Origin: an uncultured Verrucomicrobiota bacterium
GTDB taxonomy: Bacteria; Verrucomicrobiota; Verrucomicrobiia; Limisphaerales; UBA9464
DNA length: 64,000 nucleotides
Direction of reading: 5' to 3'
Assembly: GCA_903907995.1 (NCBI GenBank)
Contig: CAIVQH010000002.1
Span: 75,286-139,285, forward strand
The first letter of the stretch is position 1, and every line of letters starts with the position of its first letter. Positions 16,862 through 26,328 of the stretch are shown piece by piece. The position numbers were made by a program, and so were the translations under genes. The notes below the pieces were generated by a model. The model saw only the letters and a list, made by a program, of their open reading frames with translations. It ran no database searches and had not been told where the DNA came from.

Positions 16862-19800
16862 ATGACACCGACCCCTTCAAATCCAGTCCGCCCATCCGCC
16901 CAGGTGTGGATGCCCCTGGCGCTGGGTGTCGGTGGCCTGCTGTGCGGCCCGGTCGCCTGGGCCAATCCGCAGGGGCTGACCGTGGTCAGCGGCGCGGCGA
17001 CCCTCCTGCCGGGCGGCTCAAGCCTCACCGTCACCGTGTCCGACCGGGCGGTGCTCAACTGGCAGACCTTCAACATCGCCTCGGGACAGACGACCATCTT
17101 CCAGCAGCCCAACGCCGCTTCCATCGTGTGGAACCAGGTGCTGGACAAGAATCCGTCCCAGATTTTCGGCAGCATCCAGGCCAACGGCATCGTGGTGCTG
17201 GCCAACCAGGCCGGTTTCTGGTTCGGCCCGGATTCGGTGGTGAAGGCGGCGAGCTTTGTCGCCACGACCGCCAGCGGTCCGCCCCCGAATTTCGAGGCCG
17301 GCGGCTCCTGGAACATCAGCTACGCCCCGCCGCTCGCGAGCATCATCAACTACGGGACGATCGAGGCGGGGAAGGGTGGCTCCATTTTCCTGGTGGCCGA
17401 GAAGATCGAAAACCACGGCCTGATGATGGCCCCGGATGGCAACATCGGCCTCTATGCCGGCAAGGAAGTCCTGGTTTCTGAGCGGCCCGACGGGCGCGGT
17501 CTGAGCGCGAAGGTTTCCCTGCCCGAGGGTTCCGTGGACAACCATGGCAAGCTGATCGCCGATGCCGGCAGCATCGCGCTGCAGGCCCAGGTGGTGAACC
17601 AGGCCGGCCTGATCCAGGCCAACTCGGTGCGGGAACGGGGCGGGGTGATCGAACTGCTGGCGTCGGAATCGGTGACGCTGGGGCCGGAATCCCAGACGCT
17701 GGCCCAGGGTGATGCCTCCGCGATGAGCGCGGGCGGGCAGATCAAGATCAAGTCGGACCAGAATTATCAGGACTCCCCGACCGCCAAGGTAAGCGTGGCC
17801 GGCGGCTCGGCGGGCGGCAACGGCGGTCAGGTGGAGATCTCGGCCGACCATCTGCCCCAGATTCATGCCGCGGTGGATGGTTCCGCGACAGGCGGCTTCA
17901 CGGCGGGCCAGCTGCTGATTGATCCGAACAGCATCGTGATCAGCGGCACGGGCACCGGCGACGCCGGTTCGGGCACGATCGGCGCGGGCGATCCGCCGGC
18001 GGGGCAGCTGACGCTCAACCCGTCGGCTTTTGCCGCCTTCTCGCAGATCAAGCTGCAGGCGAAGACGACGATCGACGTCAACACGCTCTGGTCCCTGCCG
18101 GATACGACCGTAACCGGCGCCAAGCTGACGCTGGAGGCGGGAACCGATCTCCGGTTCAGCACACAGGGTGGCATTGACGCCGGGGCCGGGTGGAGTGTTG
18201 AGCTGACCGCGGGCAAGGATTTCACCACCGGCCTGGTGAAAAGCGGTGTGGGCTCCGTGCAGGTCAACGGTGCGGGCGTGGCCTCGAAAGATGGCGAAGT
18301 GCTCATCAACGCGGGCAAGGACGTGACCGTGAAGGGGTTCGTCCACACCACCGATGGCGGCAATATCAGCGTGAGTGCGATGGCCGGCACCATCAACACG
18401 GGTACCAGCACGGCGGGATATACTTTCGTGCCCGGCGGCTCCGGCTATGAGGTGAACGCGGGCCTTGGCGGCATCAGCACGGCGGCGGGCGGGAATGTCA
18501 CCCTCAACGCAGGCAAGGATGTCGTCAGCTATCTGCCGACGGGCAACGGCAGCCATCAGGATGCCGGCAGCGGCGCGTTCGGGCCGGAGGCGGGCAATGT
18601 GACGGTCACGGCGGGCGGCAGCGTTTACGGTCACTTCGTCGTGGCCAACGGCACCGGAACGATCACGGCGGGAAATCTGGCCGGCGACACCGGCAGCAAG
18701 CAGCTCGCCCTGAGCCTGATCAAGGGTTCGTGGGCGGTGGCGGCCAAGGACATAACGTTGCAGGAGGTCCGCAATCCCAACGGGACGTTCAACGGCGTCG
18801 GCTCGCCCAGCACGCCGACCTATCATCTTTACGACTACGATCCCGCGGCGTCGGTCTCGCTGAACGCCCAGAACAGCGTCACGTTGCTGGGTGGCGCCCT
18901 GCCACGGAACAACGGTGGATCAGGCGTGCCGGTCCTTTACGCACCTTCGCTCGACATCACTGCGGGTGCGGGCGGCGTGACTCTGGGTGCCAACGTCACC
19001 CTGTTTCCCTCGGCGGTCGGGCAGCTTTCCATCACCACGACCGACGGCGGTGGCCTGCGCGGCAACAACCCCGGGCGCCCTTACCAGCTCACCATGTCGG
19101 ACAGCGCGGCCCGGCAGTTCACGTTCGCGAGTGGCCAGTTCGGCCCCAAGGATCACGGGCCGACCCTGTTGCACGCGGACGACACCGAGCCTGTCCGGAT
19201 GACCATCGACGGCACGGTGAGCGACCTGCAGATTTCGGTGCCCAAGCGGGCGGAAATCCATATCGGTGGCGATCTCGTTGATTCGACCTTTGCCGGGCAG
19301 AACCTGCACGCCACGGACCAGACGTTGCTGGATGTTCACGGCGACATCAAAAACTTCACGGATTACACTTTCACGTCCCTTCCGCTCGGCATTTCCGATC
19401 CGCAGCTGGAGCTGCTTCAGATTGCCGAACCCGTCGTGGGAGTAAGCCTCGGCTATGATCCGACCACCCGGCAGGTGGCCCTGCGCGGGCGTCTTTCCGA
19501 CGACCAGCGCGACAAGCTCCTGAACCTGCAGGTGCTCAAGTTTCTCCCGCAGTACGATCCGCTCGGCCTCCCGGTCCTGGATGAGAATGGCCTACAGCTG
19601 ACCGAGCCGGCCACGCTGCTGCCGGCGGCAGTCATCCAGGCGCTCTACGACGGCAGCCAGGGCGTGCCCGATGGGCAGTCCCTGGGCTACCAGCTGGCCG
19701 GGCCGGGGACGTTCTCGTTGCGCGCGCACAATCTCGATCTCGGCGCGAGCAAGGGCATCCTCACCGCAGGTGCCCAGGCGAATCCGGCCCTGGCCGGGAT

Positions 19801-20893
19801 CACGGCGAAGGGGGCGGACATCGATGTCCAGATCACCGGCGACCTGTCGATGTTCTCCTCCGCCATCGTCTCCAAGGCGGGCGGGAAAATCTCCGTGCAG
19901 GCGGGCGGTTCCATCCAGGTTGGCGCGGCCTTTGTGGCGCCCAATTCGGATGAGGCCCAGGGCATCTACACCTCCGCCGGCAGCGATGTTTCCGTCATCG
20001 CCACGAAGGACATCCAGCTGAACGGCTCCCGCATCGCCGCGTATGACGGTGGCAACATCACCGTCCGGTCGAAGGAGGGGAATGTGGATGCCGGTACCGG
20101 CGGACTCTCCTTGCAGACGGTGGAGCAGGTGCGGGTGCATCCGGACCCGCTGAACCCCGGCGTCCTGATCGTGGATACGCTCAGCGATCCCATCCCGGGC
20201 AGCGGCATCCTGGCCACGACGTTTTCCTACGGCTCGTCCATGGTGGGCAACATCACCATCGACACTCCGAAGGGCGACATTCTGGCGCGGGCGGGCGGTG
20301 TGGTGCAGGCGTCGTTCAATGGCACGCCGACCTCGGAAGCGAATGTCACGCTCACGGCCGGCACCAAGGCGGTCGGCCATCCGGGCGATCCGGATTACGT
20401 TCCCGCGCTCGTCCACAAGATCGACGCCAGCAAGTCCGGCGTCATCGGCGGCAACGTCACGCTGGATGCGACCGGGGACATCATCGGCCTCGTCTTCGCC
20501 TCGGGCAACGCGAACATCGTCACCCCGCAGAACGTGACCGCCACGGTGCTCGCGCAGGGCGCGGCCAACGTGAGCGCCGGCGGCACCGTCTCCGGCACCA
20601 TCGCCGGCATCGGCAGCGCGAATGTCAGCGGCGCCTCCATCGACGCCAGCGTGCTTTCGGCCAATGTCACCACCAGCGGCGCCACCTCCGGCCAGGTCGG
20701 CTTTGCCGCAGCCAATGTCGCCGGGGCGACCGCTTCCGCCGCCTCGGCCGCCACGTCGGAGCCCAAGACCGTCGCCGCCGTCGAGGATAAGGGCGACGAC
20801 GACGACTTGAAACGAAAGGGCAACAAGCCCGTGCTCGCCCGGACCATTGGCCGCGTCACCGTGATTCTCCCGACCCAGATCAAAGCGAACTGA
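16862..20893 (+). CDS. TpsA exoprotein (filamentous-hemagglutinin-type, N-terminal TPS domain, beta-helical repeats)
   Basis: Extended signal peptide, then NPQGLTVVSGAA..NWQTFNIASGQTTIFQQPNAASIVWNQV..SQIFGSIQANGIVVLANQAGFWFGP (haemagglutination-activity-domain motifs). Gly/Asn/Thr-rich repeats follow throughout. 67 nt downstream of the TpsB stop. Confidence 0.85.
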   Translation: MTPTPSNPVRPSAQVWMPLALGVGGLLCGPVAWANPQGLTVVSGAATLLPGGSSLTVTVSDRAVLNWQTFNIASGQTTIFQQPNAASIVWNQVLDKNPSQIFGSIQANGIVVLANQAGFWFGPDSVVKAASFVATTASGPPPNFEAGGSWNISYAPPLASIINYGTIEAGKGGSIFLVAEKIENHGLMMAPDGNIGLYAGKEVLVSERPDGRGLSAKVSLPEGSVDNHGKLIADAGSIALQAQVVNQAGLIQANSVRERGGVIELLASESVTLGPESQTLAQGDASAMSAGGQIKIKSDQNYQDSPTAKVSVAGGSAGGNGGQVEISADHLPQIHAAVDGSATGGFTAGQLLIDPNSIVISGTGTGDAGSGTIGAGDPPAGQLTLNPSAFAAFSQIKLQAKTTIDVNTLWSLPDTTVTGAKLTLEAGTDLRFSTQGGIDAGAGWSVELTAGKDFTTGLVKSGVGSVQVNGAGVASKDGEVLINAGKDVTVKGFVHTTDGGNISVSAMAGTINTGTSTAGYTFVPGGSGYEVNAGLGGISTAAGGNVTLNAGKDVVSYLPTGNGSHQDAGSGAFGPEAGNVTVTAGGSVYGHFVVANGTGTITAGNLAGDTGSKQLALSLIKGSWAVAAKDITLQEVRNPNGTFNGVGSPSTPTYHLYDYDPAASVSLNAQNSVTLLGGALPRNNGGSGVPVLYAPSLDITAGAGGVTLGANVTLFPSAVGQLSITTTDGGGLRGNNPGRPYQLTMSDSAARQFTFASGQFGPKDHGPTLLHADDTEPVRMTIDGTVSDLQISVPKRAEIHIGGDLVDSTFAGQNLHATDQTLLDVHGDIKNFTDYTFTSLPLGISDPQLELLQIAEPVVGVSLGYDPTTRQVALRGRLSDDQRDKLLNLQVLKFLPQYDPLGLPVLDENGLQLTEPATLLPAAVIQALYDGSQGVPDGQSLGYQLAGPGTFSLRAHNLDLGASKGILTAGAQANPALAGITAKGADIDVQITGDLSMFSSAIVSKAGGKISVQAGGSIQVGAAFVAPNSDEAQGIYTSAGSDVSVIATKDIQLNGSRIAAYDGGNITVRSKEGNVDAGTGGLSLQTVEQVRVHPDPLNPGVLIVDTLSDPIPGSGILATTFSYGSSMVGNITIDTPKGDILARAGGVVQASFNGTPTSEANVTLTAGTKAVGHPGDPDYVPALVHKIDASKSGVIGGNVTLDATGDIIGLVFASGNANIVTPQNVTATVLAQGAANVSAGGTVSGTIAGIGSANVSGASIDASVLSANVTTSGATSGQVGFAAANVAGATASAASAATSEPKTVAAVEDKGDDDDLKRKGNKPVLARTIGRVTVILPTQIKAN

Positions 20894-20918
20894 TTTCCGA
20901 ACCCTCTCAATTCAGCCT

Positions 20919-21755
20919 ATGCATCCCCTATTTGCCGCCAGCGCCATCGCCTTCTCCTTCAAACAGGTCAGTGCCGAGGGCGCGGTTACCATGATCCTGC
21001 TGGCCATCGTCTCCCTCCTGAGCTGGTCGGTCATCATCAGCAAGTTCTTCCAGCTCGCGAAGGCGCGCCGTACCAGCCTCAAGTTTTACGCCGCCTGGAA
21101 GCAGACCAAGGACCCGCTGGAACTGGCGCGCTCGGGCCAGCAGTTCGACGGCTCGCCGGCCTATGAGATCTACATCGCCGGCGCGCAGGAGCTGGCCTAC
21201 CACCTGAAGAACAATCCCATTGAGGTGAAGGAACACACGAAGGGAACCGGTCCCGGGGCGGATCTTGGCCAGACGGATGTGTTTTCCAAGAGTGTCACCA
21301 CCCGCATCAGTCATGGCTCGTTCGACCTCGTGAAGAGCGTGCTGGAGCGCACCGCCGGCGCCGAGGCGATGGCCCTGGAAAAGGGCATGATCGTGCTCAG
21401 CACGGCGGTCGCCGGCGGCCCCTTCATCGGTCTGCTCGGCACGGTATTTGGCGTGATGGAGACCTTCGCCGGCATCGCCGTGAAGCAGGCGGCCAGCATC
21501 GCCGCGATGGCTCCCGGTGTGGCCGGCGCGCTGCTCAACACCGTCATCGGCCTGTTCGTCGCGATCCCGGCGATGTTCGCCTACAACTTCCAGGTCACCA
21601 ACATCCGCGGCATCACCAACGAGCTGGACAACTACGTGAGCGAACTGGTGACAGCCTTCGAGCACAAGTACGTGGACAACCGCCCGCTGGCCGACGAGAT
21701 CCGCGATGCCCTCGAGGGCCGCCTGAGTCGCGAAGAGGTGCTGGTGGCGAAGTGA
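20919..21755 (+). CDS. exbB: MotA/TolQ/ExbB-family proton channel
   Basis: LSTAVAGGPFIGLLGTVFGVMETF..MAPGVAGALLNTVIGLFVAIPAMFAYNF. Starts 26 nt after the TpsA stop. Confidence 0.85.
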   Translation: MHPLFAASAIAFSFKQVSAEGAVTMILLAIVSLLSWSVIISKFFQLAKARRTSLKFYAAWKQTKDPLELARSGQQFDGSPAYEIYIAGAQELAYHLKNNPIEVKEHTKGTGPGADLGQTDVFSKSVTTRISHGSFDLVKSVLERTAGAEAMALEKGMIVLSTAVAGGPFIGLLGTVFGVMETFAGIAVKQAASIAAMAPGVAGALLNTVIGLFVAIPAMFAYNFQVTNIRGITNELDNYVSELVTAFEHKYVDNRPLADEIRDALEGRLSREEVLVAK

Positions 21756-21782
21756 GCCGACGGTCTGCGCCGCGCGTTCCGC

Positions 21783-22196
21783 ATGAAAAAGTGTTCCAAA
21801 TCCAGCCACACGACGCTCACGGAGCTGAACATCACGCCGTTGCTGGACCTCGCGTTCGTGCTGCTCGTCATCTTCATCCTCACGACCTCACCCATCACGA
21901 ACGACATGCCGCTGGAGCTGCCCAAGGCCGCGGTGCGGGTCAAGGAACCCGCCTCCAAGGTCAACTACGTGACGGTGGATGCTGCCGGAAAATTTTTTCT
22001 CAACCGCAAGGAAGTGACGCTCGAGGCGTTGCGGGATGAGGTCATCCAGATGCGGACCGACGATCCCGACCTGAACATCACCATCCGGGGCGACGCCAAG
22101 TCGCCCTACAAAAAGGTGCGTGACGCCCTGGACATGCTGCAGCAGTGCAACGTCGCCAAGGTGAAGCTCGCCACCGACGTCTTTGTCGCGAAATAG
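21783..22196 (+). CDS. exbD: ExbD/TolR-family biopolymer transport protein
   Basis: LTELNITPLLDLAFVLLVIFIL TM motif. The C-terminal periplasmic domain carries ..ITIRGDAKSPYKKVRDALDMLQ. Confidence 0.85.
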   Translation: MKKCSKSSHTTLTELNITPLLDLAFVLLVIFILTTSPITNDMPLELPKAAVRVKEPASKVNYVTVDAAGKFFLNRKEVTLEALRDEVIQMRTDDPDLNITIRGDAKSPYKKVRDALDMLQQCNVAKVKLATDVFVAK

Positions 22197-22210
22197 AACC
22201 CACTCCCACC

Positions 22211-22876
22211 ATGGACATTCCTGAACGAAAAAAGAAAAAGCAGTCCAAGGTCAGTTTCCTGGTCTCCATCGGTCTGCATGTGGTCCTGGCAATCGCCGTC
22301 TTCATCCTCGCGGCCCGTGAGGGCATCCTGGGCAAGAAGATGAAGGAGATCACTGCGGTGGTCGTGCCGACGGAGAAGAAGGAGCCGGCCAAACCGAAGG
22401 AGGAGCCCAAGCCCGAGGTCGCCAAGACGGAACCCAAGACGGAAGCCCCGAAAGCGACCGTCGCCCCCGCCGCCGTGACCTCGGCCGCGCCGCCACCGGC
22501 CGGCACCGCCGCCGCGCCCCCACCGGCGATCGGTGCGGATTTCGACTTCAACGACGGGGCCAAGGCCGTGCAGACGACCTCGGACCCGCAGGCCCTCTAC
22601 AAGCAGCGGGTCGAGTACGCATTCCGTTCACGCTGGCAGAAGCCGGACGGCCTCGATGACACGGGCTACGTGGTGGAGGTTGAGGTGGCCGTCTCCCAGG
22701 ACGGGGCCGTGACCGGCACGAACTGGAAGAAGGGTTCCGGCGACAAGAAATGGGATGACACGGTGCGCGATGCGGTGGCCTCGACGAAGTCCGTTGGGAG
22801 CAAACTGCCGAAGGGGTTTCCGGACCGCTTTCTGGTGCGCTTCGACGCCGTCGCGGATAGCGAGCCCGTCCAATAG
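22211..22876 (+). CDS. tonB: TonB-like energy transducer
   Basis: ATG at 22211. N-terminal TM (VSFLVSIGLHVVLAIAVFIL), a Pro/Glu/Lys-rich spacer (KKEPAKPKEEPKPEVAKTEPKTEAPK), and a C-terminal TonB_C-like fold (YKQRVEYAFRSRWQKP..VEVEVAVSQDGAVTG). Confidence 0.7.
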   Translation: MDIPERKKKKQSKVSFLVSIGLHVVLAIAVFILAAREGILGKKMKEITAVVVPTEKKEPAKPKEEPKPEVAKTEPKTEAPKATVAPAAVTSAAPPPAGTAAAPPPAIGADFDFNDGAKAVQTTSDPQALYKQRVEYAFRSRWQKPDGLDDTGYVVEVEVAVSQDGAVTGTNWKKGSGDKKWDDTVRDAVASTKSVGSKLPKGFPDRFLVRFDAVADSEPVQ

Positions 22877-22878
22877 CC

Positions 22879-23325
22879 ATGAGCGCCGAATCCACCGGTT
22901 CCTCGCGCGGTCGCCGCAAGCTCTCCAAGTCAGGGAACGCCACCATGCACGAGCTGAACATCACGCCGCTGATGGACCTCGTGATGGTGCTGCTGGTGAT
23001 CTTCATGATCACCACGCCGCAGCTTTCCAACGACCTCGACCTGAGCCTGCCCTCGGGCAAGGCCCCGCAACAGAAGCCCAAGGAGAAGCCCAAGCTGCAC
23101 TACGTGGACGTGGATGCATCGGGCGCGCTGAAGCTGAACCTCCAGACCGTCACCCTGGCGGAGCTGCCCAAGCTGTTCGCCGCGCTGAAACAGGCCGAGG
23201 CCGATCCGAGTGTCGTCGTGCGCGGGGCGGACAACGTCAACTACCAGCACATCGTCGGCGTGATTGACCTGCTCCAACAGGCCGACATCACGAAGGTGGG
23301 GCTGGCCACCGGCGTGCAGCCGTAG
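22879..23325 (+). CDS. exbD: ExbD/TolR-family protein (second copy)
   Basis: MHELNITPLMDLVMVLLVIFMI and ..VVVRGADNVNYQHIVGVIDLLQ. Starts 3 nt after the tonB-like stop. Confidence 0.85.
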   Translation: MSAESTGSSRGRRKLSKSGNATMHELNITPLMDLVMVLLVIFMITTPQLSNDLDLSLPSGKAPQQKPKEKPKLHYVDVDASGALKLNLQTVTLAELPKLFAALKQAEADPSVVVRGADNVNYQHIVGVIDLLQQADITKVGLATGVQP

Positions 23326-23340
23326 GAGCCTGGCCTCCCC

Positions 23341-23383
23341 GCCTTGCCCGCCGTGTCGGCGGACAAGGCACTTCGTCTTGTCC
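23341..23383. terminator. Possible terminator hairpins between convergent genes (no clear T tract)
   Basis: gccttgcccgccg/cggcggacaaggc (1 mismatch) overlaps ggacaag..cttgtcc. Confidence 0.3.
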
Positions 23384-23454
23384 AGCGTGGAGCGCGGCTG
23401 CGACGCCTCGGGTTTCGAGACGGGAGTTTCACGGAAGCGCCTGCCTGAACCAGA

Positions 23455-24327
23455 TCACTGGGCCTTGAGCTGGAAGAATTGCGCGGCGGCGGTGGGGGAA
23501 AGCGAATTGGTGTGCATGTGGTCGTCCCCTACGACCAGGTCGCCGAACGGCTGCCACACAGCGGTCGGGCCTAGGGTGGGCGAGGATTCGAGCTGGTAGT
23601 TCGTCGCCGGGCCATCGCCGGAATCGGGAAGGTTCGACGGTGCGGCGTAAATGACGTCCAGGCCGTCGGGGGCCCGGGTAATTTCCGCGATGGTGAGGTC
23701 CGCCTGCAGGTTCAGATAGAACCGCGCGGAGGGGGACTGGATCGGGCCACCCGCCGGACCGTTCGTGGAGGTGTCCACAAAGCGGAAGCCAACATGGTAA
23801 AAGCCCGGCAGGGTGACGCTGTAGATGCGACCGTGCTTGTGGCCGTAAGGATCGGCCCCGGCCGAGCCGTCGTTCTCGCTGACGTAGATGTGGTTGGTGC
23901 CGTTGGTCAGGCCAACCGGCAGGCTCCAGGTGAGATTGGTGCTGTCCACGTCATCCACGGCCGTTTCCCAGAAGCCGAAGCTGGCTCCGGCCGGCCCTTC
24001 GACGCTTTCGACCACGACCTCGATGTGCGAACCCACGGCGGCTGCCAGCGGCTCGGGGCCGCCCAGGTCGGGCGTGGCCGCCAGGGCGGCGAACACCAGA
24101 TCGCCGGTGTAATAGAAACCCTCGTAGGGGCTGCCCGGGTCGCCGGCATCCAGCCCGAAGACATTGCCGGAGGTGTCGGCATAGTCGGCGGCATTGGCGA
24201 AAATCAGGGGGGAGCCAGGGCTCGTGGAGTTCGCGCCGGCGGTGAGATGTTCATGGGCGTGAAGGAGCTGTGGCAGCAAGGCGGACAGCAGCGTGAGGAG
24301 GAGTGCTTTGGCAGAATTTGTCTTCAT
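23455..24327 (-). CDS. Secreted hypothetical protein with a His-rich mature N-terminus and a C-terminal Ig-like module
   Basis: Signal peptide MKTNSAKALLLTLLSALLPQLLHA, then HEHLTAG. The tail reads ..NYQLESSPTLGPTAVWQPF..AAAQFFQLKAQ. 23 nt downstream of the prepilin-like gene. Confidence 0.6.
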   Translation of the reverse strand: MKTNSAKALLLTLLSALLPQLLHAHEHLTAGANSTSPGSPLIFANAADYADTSGNVFGLDAGDPGSPYEGFYYTGDLVFAALAATPDLGGPEPLAAAVGSHIEVVVESVEGPAGASFGFWETAVDDVDSTNLTWSLPVGLTNGTNHIYVSENDGSAGADPYGHKHGRIYSVTLPGFYHVGFRFVDTSTNGPAGGPIQSPSARFYLNLQADLTIAEITRAPDGLDVIYAAPSNLPDSGDGPATNYQLESSPTLGPTAVWQPFGDLVVGDDHMHTNSLSPTAAAQFFQLKAQ

Positions 24328-24349
24328 CTCAAATCAGATTGCGGATTTT

Positions 24350-25069
24350 TCAGGGGCTGTTGGTCAGGCCGTCGGGACGCACGAACCGGGTGATCGGCGG
24401 TCCGAGCAGGAGTTTGACGCGGGGCCACGGGAGTCCTTCCACATGGGCGTCGGCGAACAGGTAGTTGGCCGAGTTGCGATGGCGCAGCACCGCCACGTCG
24501 GCCGAGAATGCGTTCGGCGAAAAGCCGCCCGAGGAAACATCGGCAAAGTGGAAATGGTCGGCGCCCACGTAGTCGCCCCGGGTTTCCGTGAGGTGCATCG
24601 TCTCGGAAGGCGACGGCAGGAGGGTGAAACGGGAAAAGTCGAGGCCGGTCGCGCCGTAGGGATGAGGGGTGAGGAAATCGTTGATGGCGTAGCTCGTGAT
24701 CCGCGTGAGATTCGTGTCGAGGGGGCAGCGATAGACGCTGGTCAGGCCGTAGGGGGCGAGCATGCCGATCCACGAGGCGGCCTGGTGCGCGGTCTGCGGC
24801 AGCTCATCCCGGTTGTCCCCGGCGTACATGGCCACGCCCATGCCGAGCTGCTTGAGTTTCGACAGGCAGGCAGTGGCCTGCGCCCGCGCGCGGGCCCTGG
24901 CCAGGGCGGGCAGGATCATTCCCGCCAGCACCGCGATGATCGCGATGACCACCAGCAGCTCAATGAGCGTGAAGGCGTCTCGCGCAGGGCGGGACTCCGG
25001 AGACGTGGGCACCGGTTCCGCGGTCGAGCAGGGCGGTGCCAGAAGGGCGTCGGAATTGAAGGAGGACAT
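24350..25069 (-). CDS. Prepilin-type N-terminal cleavage/methylation domain protein with an H-X9-DG-like C-terminus
   Basis: ATG at 25069. [26 protein letters not shown] is a class III signal/pseudopilin N-terminus. C-terminal [15 protein letters not shown] matches the PVC-type H-X9-D(G) motif. Confidence 0.85.
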   Translation of the reverse strand: MSSFNSDALLAPPCSTAEPVPTSPESRPARDAFTLIELLVVIAIIAVLAGMILPALARARARAQATACLSKLKQLGMGVAMYAGDNRDELPQTAHQAASWIGMLAPYGLTSVYRCPLDTNLTRITSYAINDFLTPHPYGATGLDFSRFTLLPSPSETMHLTETRGDYVGADHFHFADVSSGGFSPNAFSADVAVLRHRNSANYLFADAHVEGLPWPRVKLLLGPPITRFVRPDGLTNSP

Positions 25070-25249
25070 TGCGGACGAATTGTCCGGACCTAGCCGGATA
25101 CGGAACGGAATTGCTGGTGAGTTGCCCATGCGAAGGCATGGGTGAAATGACGGCGGACAGGCCGTCGGAAAAAGCACGTCGAAAGGATCGGAGGAAGAAC
25201 CGTCGGGCCAAGCCCGCTGACGGCACTCCGAATCAGGACATGCAGAAGC

Positions 25250-25630
25250 TCAACCGCGGGGCGGCGGGAGCGGCGGGGCTTCGAGCCGGGCGACGAGAGT
25301 CATCGCCGGCACGTGGGGAAGCGGCCCCACGGAAGGCGGGGGCGGCAGGATCGACGACCGGCCCGGGAGCGAGCTGTCGAGCTTGGCCAGCTTGACCACG
25401 GCCTCGGACTTCTTCTCGGCCCCTTTTCCGGCCTGCACCAGCCGGCAGAGCTTGCACGGATGCTGACCGTCAAAGGTCGTCTTCACGGCCGAGACAAACG
25501 AGCTCTGCTGCGTGCGCTCGATGAGCATCGTCGTCCAGGCGACTGATTGCAGCGCAGCCCAATGCAGCCCGATCGTCAGGCTGAGCAGCACGGCAGTCGT
25601 GATGGCGAGGAACCGCTTCAACAGGCGCAA
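25250..25630 (-). CDS. Small membrane-anchored CxxC protein (possibly DUF2946-like)
   Basis: N-terminal TM (FLAITTAVLLSLTIGLHWAALQSVAWTTM), GQHPCKLC, and a Pro-rich tail ..RLEAPPLPPPRG. Same layout as the protein at 11132..11554. Confidence 0.55.
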   Translation of the reverse strand: MRLLKRFLAITTAVLLSLTIGLHWAALQSVAWTTMLIERTQQSSFVSAVKTTFDGQHPCKLCRLVQAGKGAEKKSEAVVKLAKLDSSLPGRSSILPPPPSVGPLPHVPAMTLVARLEAPPLPPPRG

Positions 25631-25875
25631 TGTGTCGCAGATGGAGGGGCCGCGTCAAACGGCTAAACCGACACCGCCTGACCCTTCTTTCCGCGCCGAC
25701 CGGACTGGAGATATTCAGCTGTCGTCTTTGAAGCCGGCCGCCTGTCGAGGGCGGGGTCAGCGGTTGGGGGGCGCAATTCTCCCCGCACGCCGAATCACCA
25801 TTTTGCGTGTTGGGCTTGTCGCTGAACGCGGGTTTGTCGCAATCTCCCGCCGCACAAGCCATCCATCGTTTAGCC

Positions 25876-26265
25876 ATGAACAAAGTGACCAAACTCCTCG
25901 CCGCCGCTCTGACCGTTGGCATTCTCCTCGGTGCTTACGGCGTTCGCGCCGCGGAGCAACCTAAATACACCACCAAGGAAGTGATGAAGGCCATCTACAA
26001 AGGCAAGGAAAGCCTCCATCACAAGATCGCCGACGGCGGCGGCAGCCCCGAAGACTTCGCCAAGCTCGTGGAATACCTTCCCTCGCTGCAGCTCAACGAT
26101 CCGCCGGTGGGGGACAAGAAGGAATGGCAGGACCGGGTCAAGAAGCTGCTGGCGGCCGCCAAGGATCTGAAGGCCGGCAAGCCCGGTGCGCTGGATGCCT
26201 ACAAGGGCGCGGCCAACTGCAAGGAGTGCCACACCGCCCACAAGAAGCCGGAAGAGAAGCACTGA
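25876..26265 (+). CDS. Small secreted c-type cytochrome, class II (cytochrome c-prime/c556-like) layout
   Basis: ATG at 25876. Signal peptide, a helical ~105-aa body, and a single CxxCH (ANCKECHTAHK) near the C-terminus, as in four-helix-bundle class II cytochromes c. Confidence 0.7.
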   Translation: MNKVTKLLAAALTVGILLGAYGVRAAEQPKYTTKEVMKAIYKGKESLHHKIADGGGSPEDFAKLVEYLPSLQLNDPPVGDKKEWQDRVKKLLAAAKDLKAGKPGALDAYKGAANCKECHTAHKKPEEKH

Positions 26266-26293
26266 CCGGCCCCGTTGTTTTCCCGTTTTCGAC

Positions 26294-26326
26294 CGGCCGC
26301 ATGCCCTGGCATGCGGCCGTTTTTTC
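26294..26326 (+). terminator. Rho-independent terminator
   Basis: cggccgcatgcc..ggcatgcggccg stem followed by tttttt (26320-26325). Confidence 0.8.
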
Positions 26327-26328
26327 TA

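Noticed and set aside
17018-18826. 602-aa minus-strand ORF inside tpsA
   Set aside because: Antisense to the TPS-domain/beta-helix gene. It has no signal peptide or motifs. It is a high-GC open-frame artefact.
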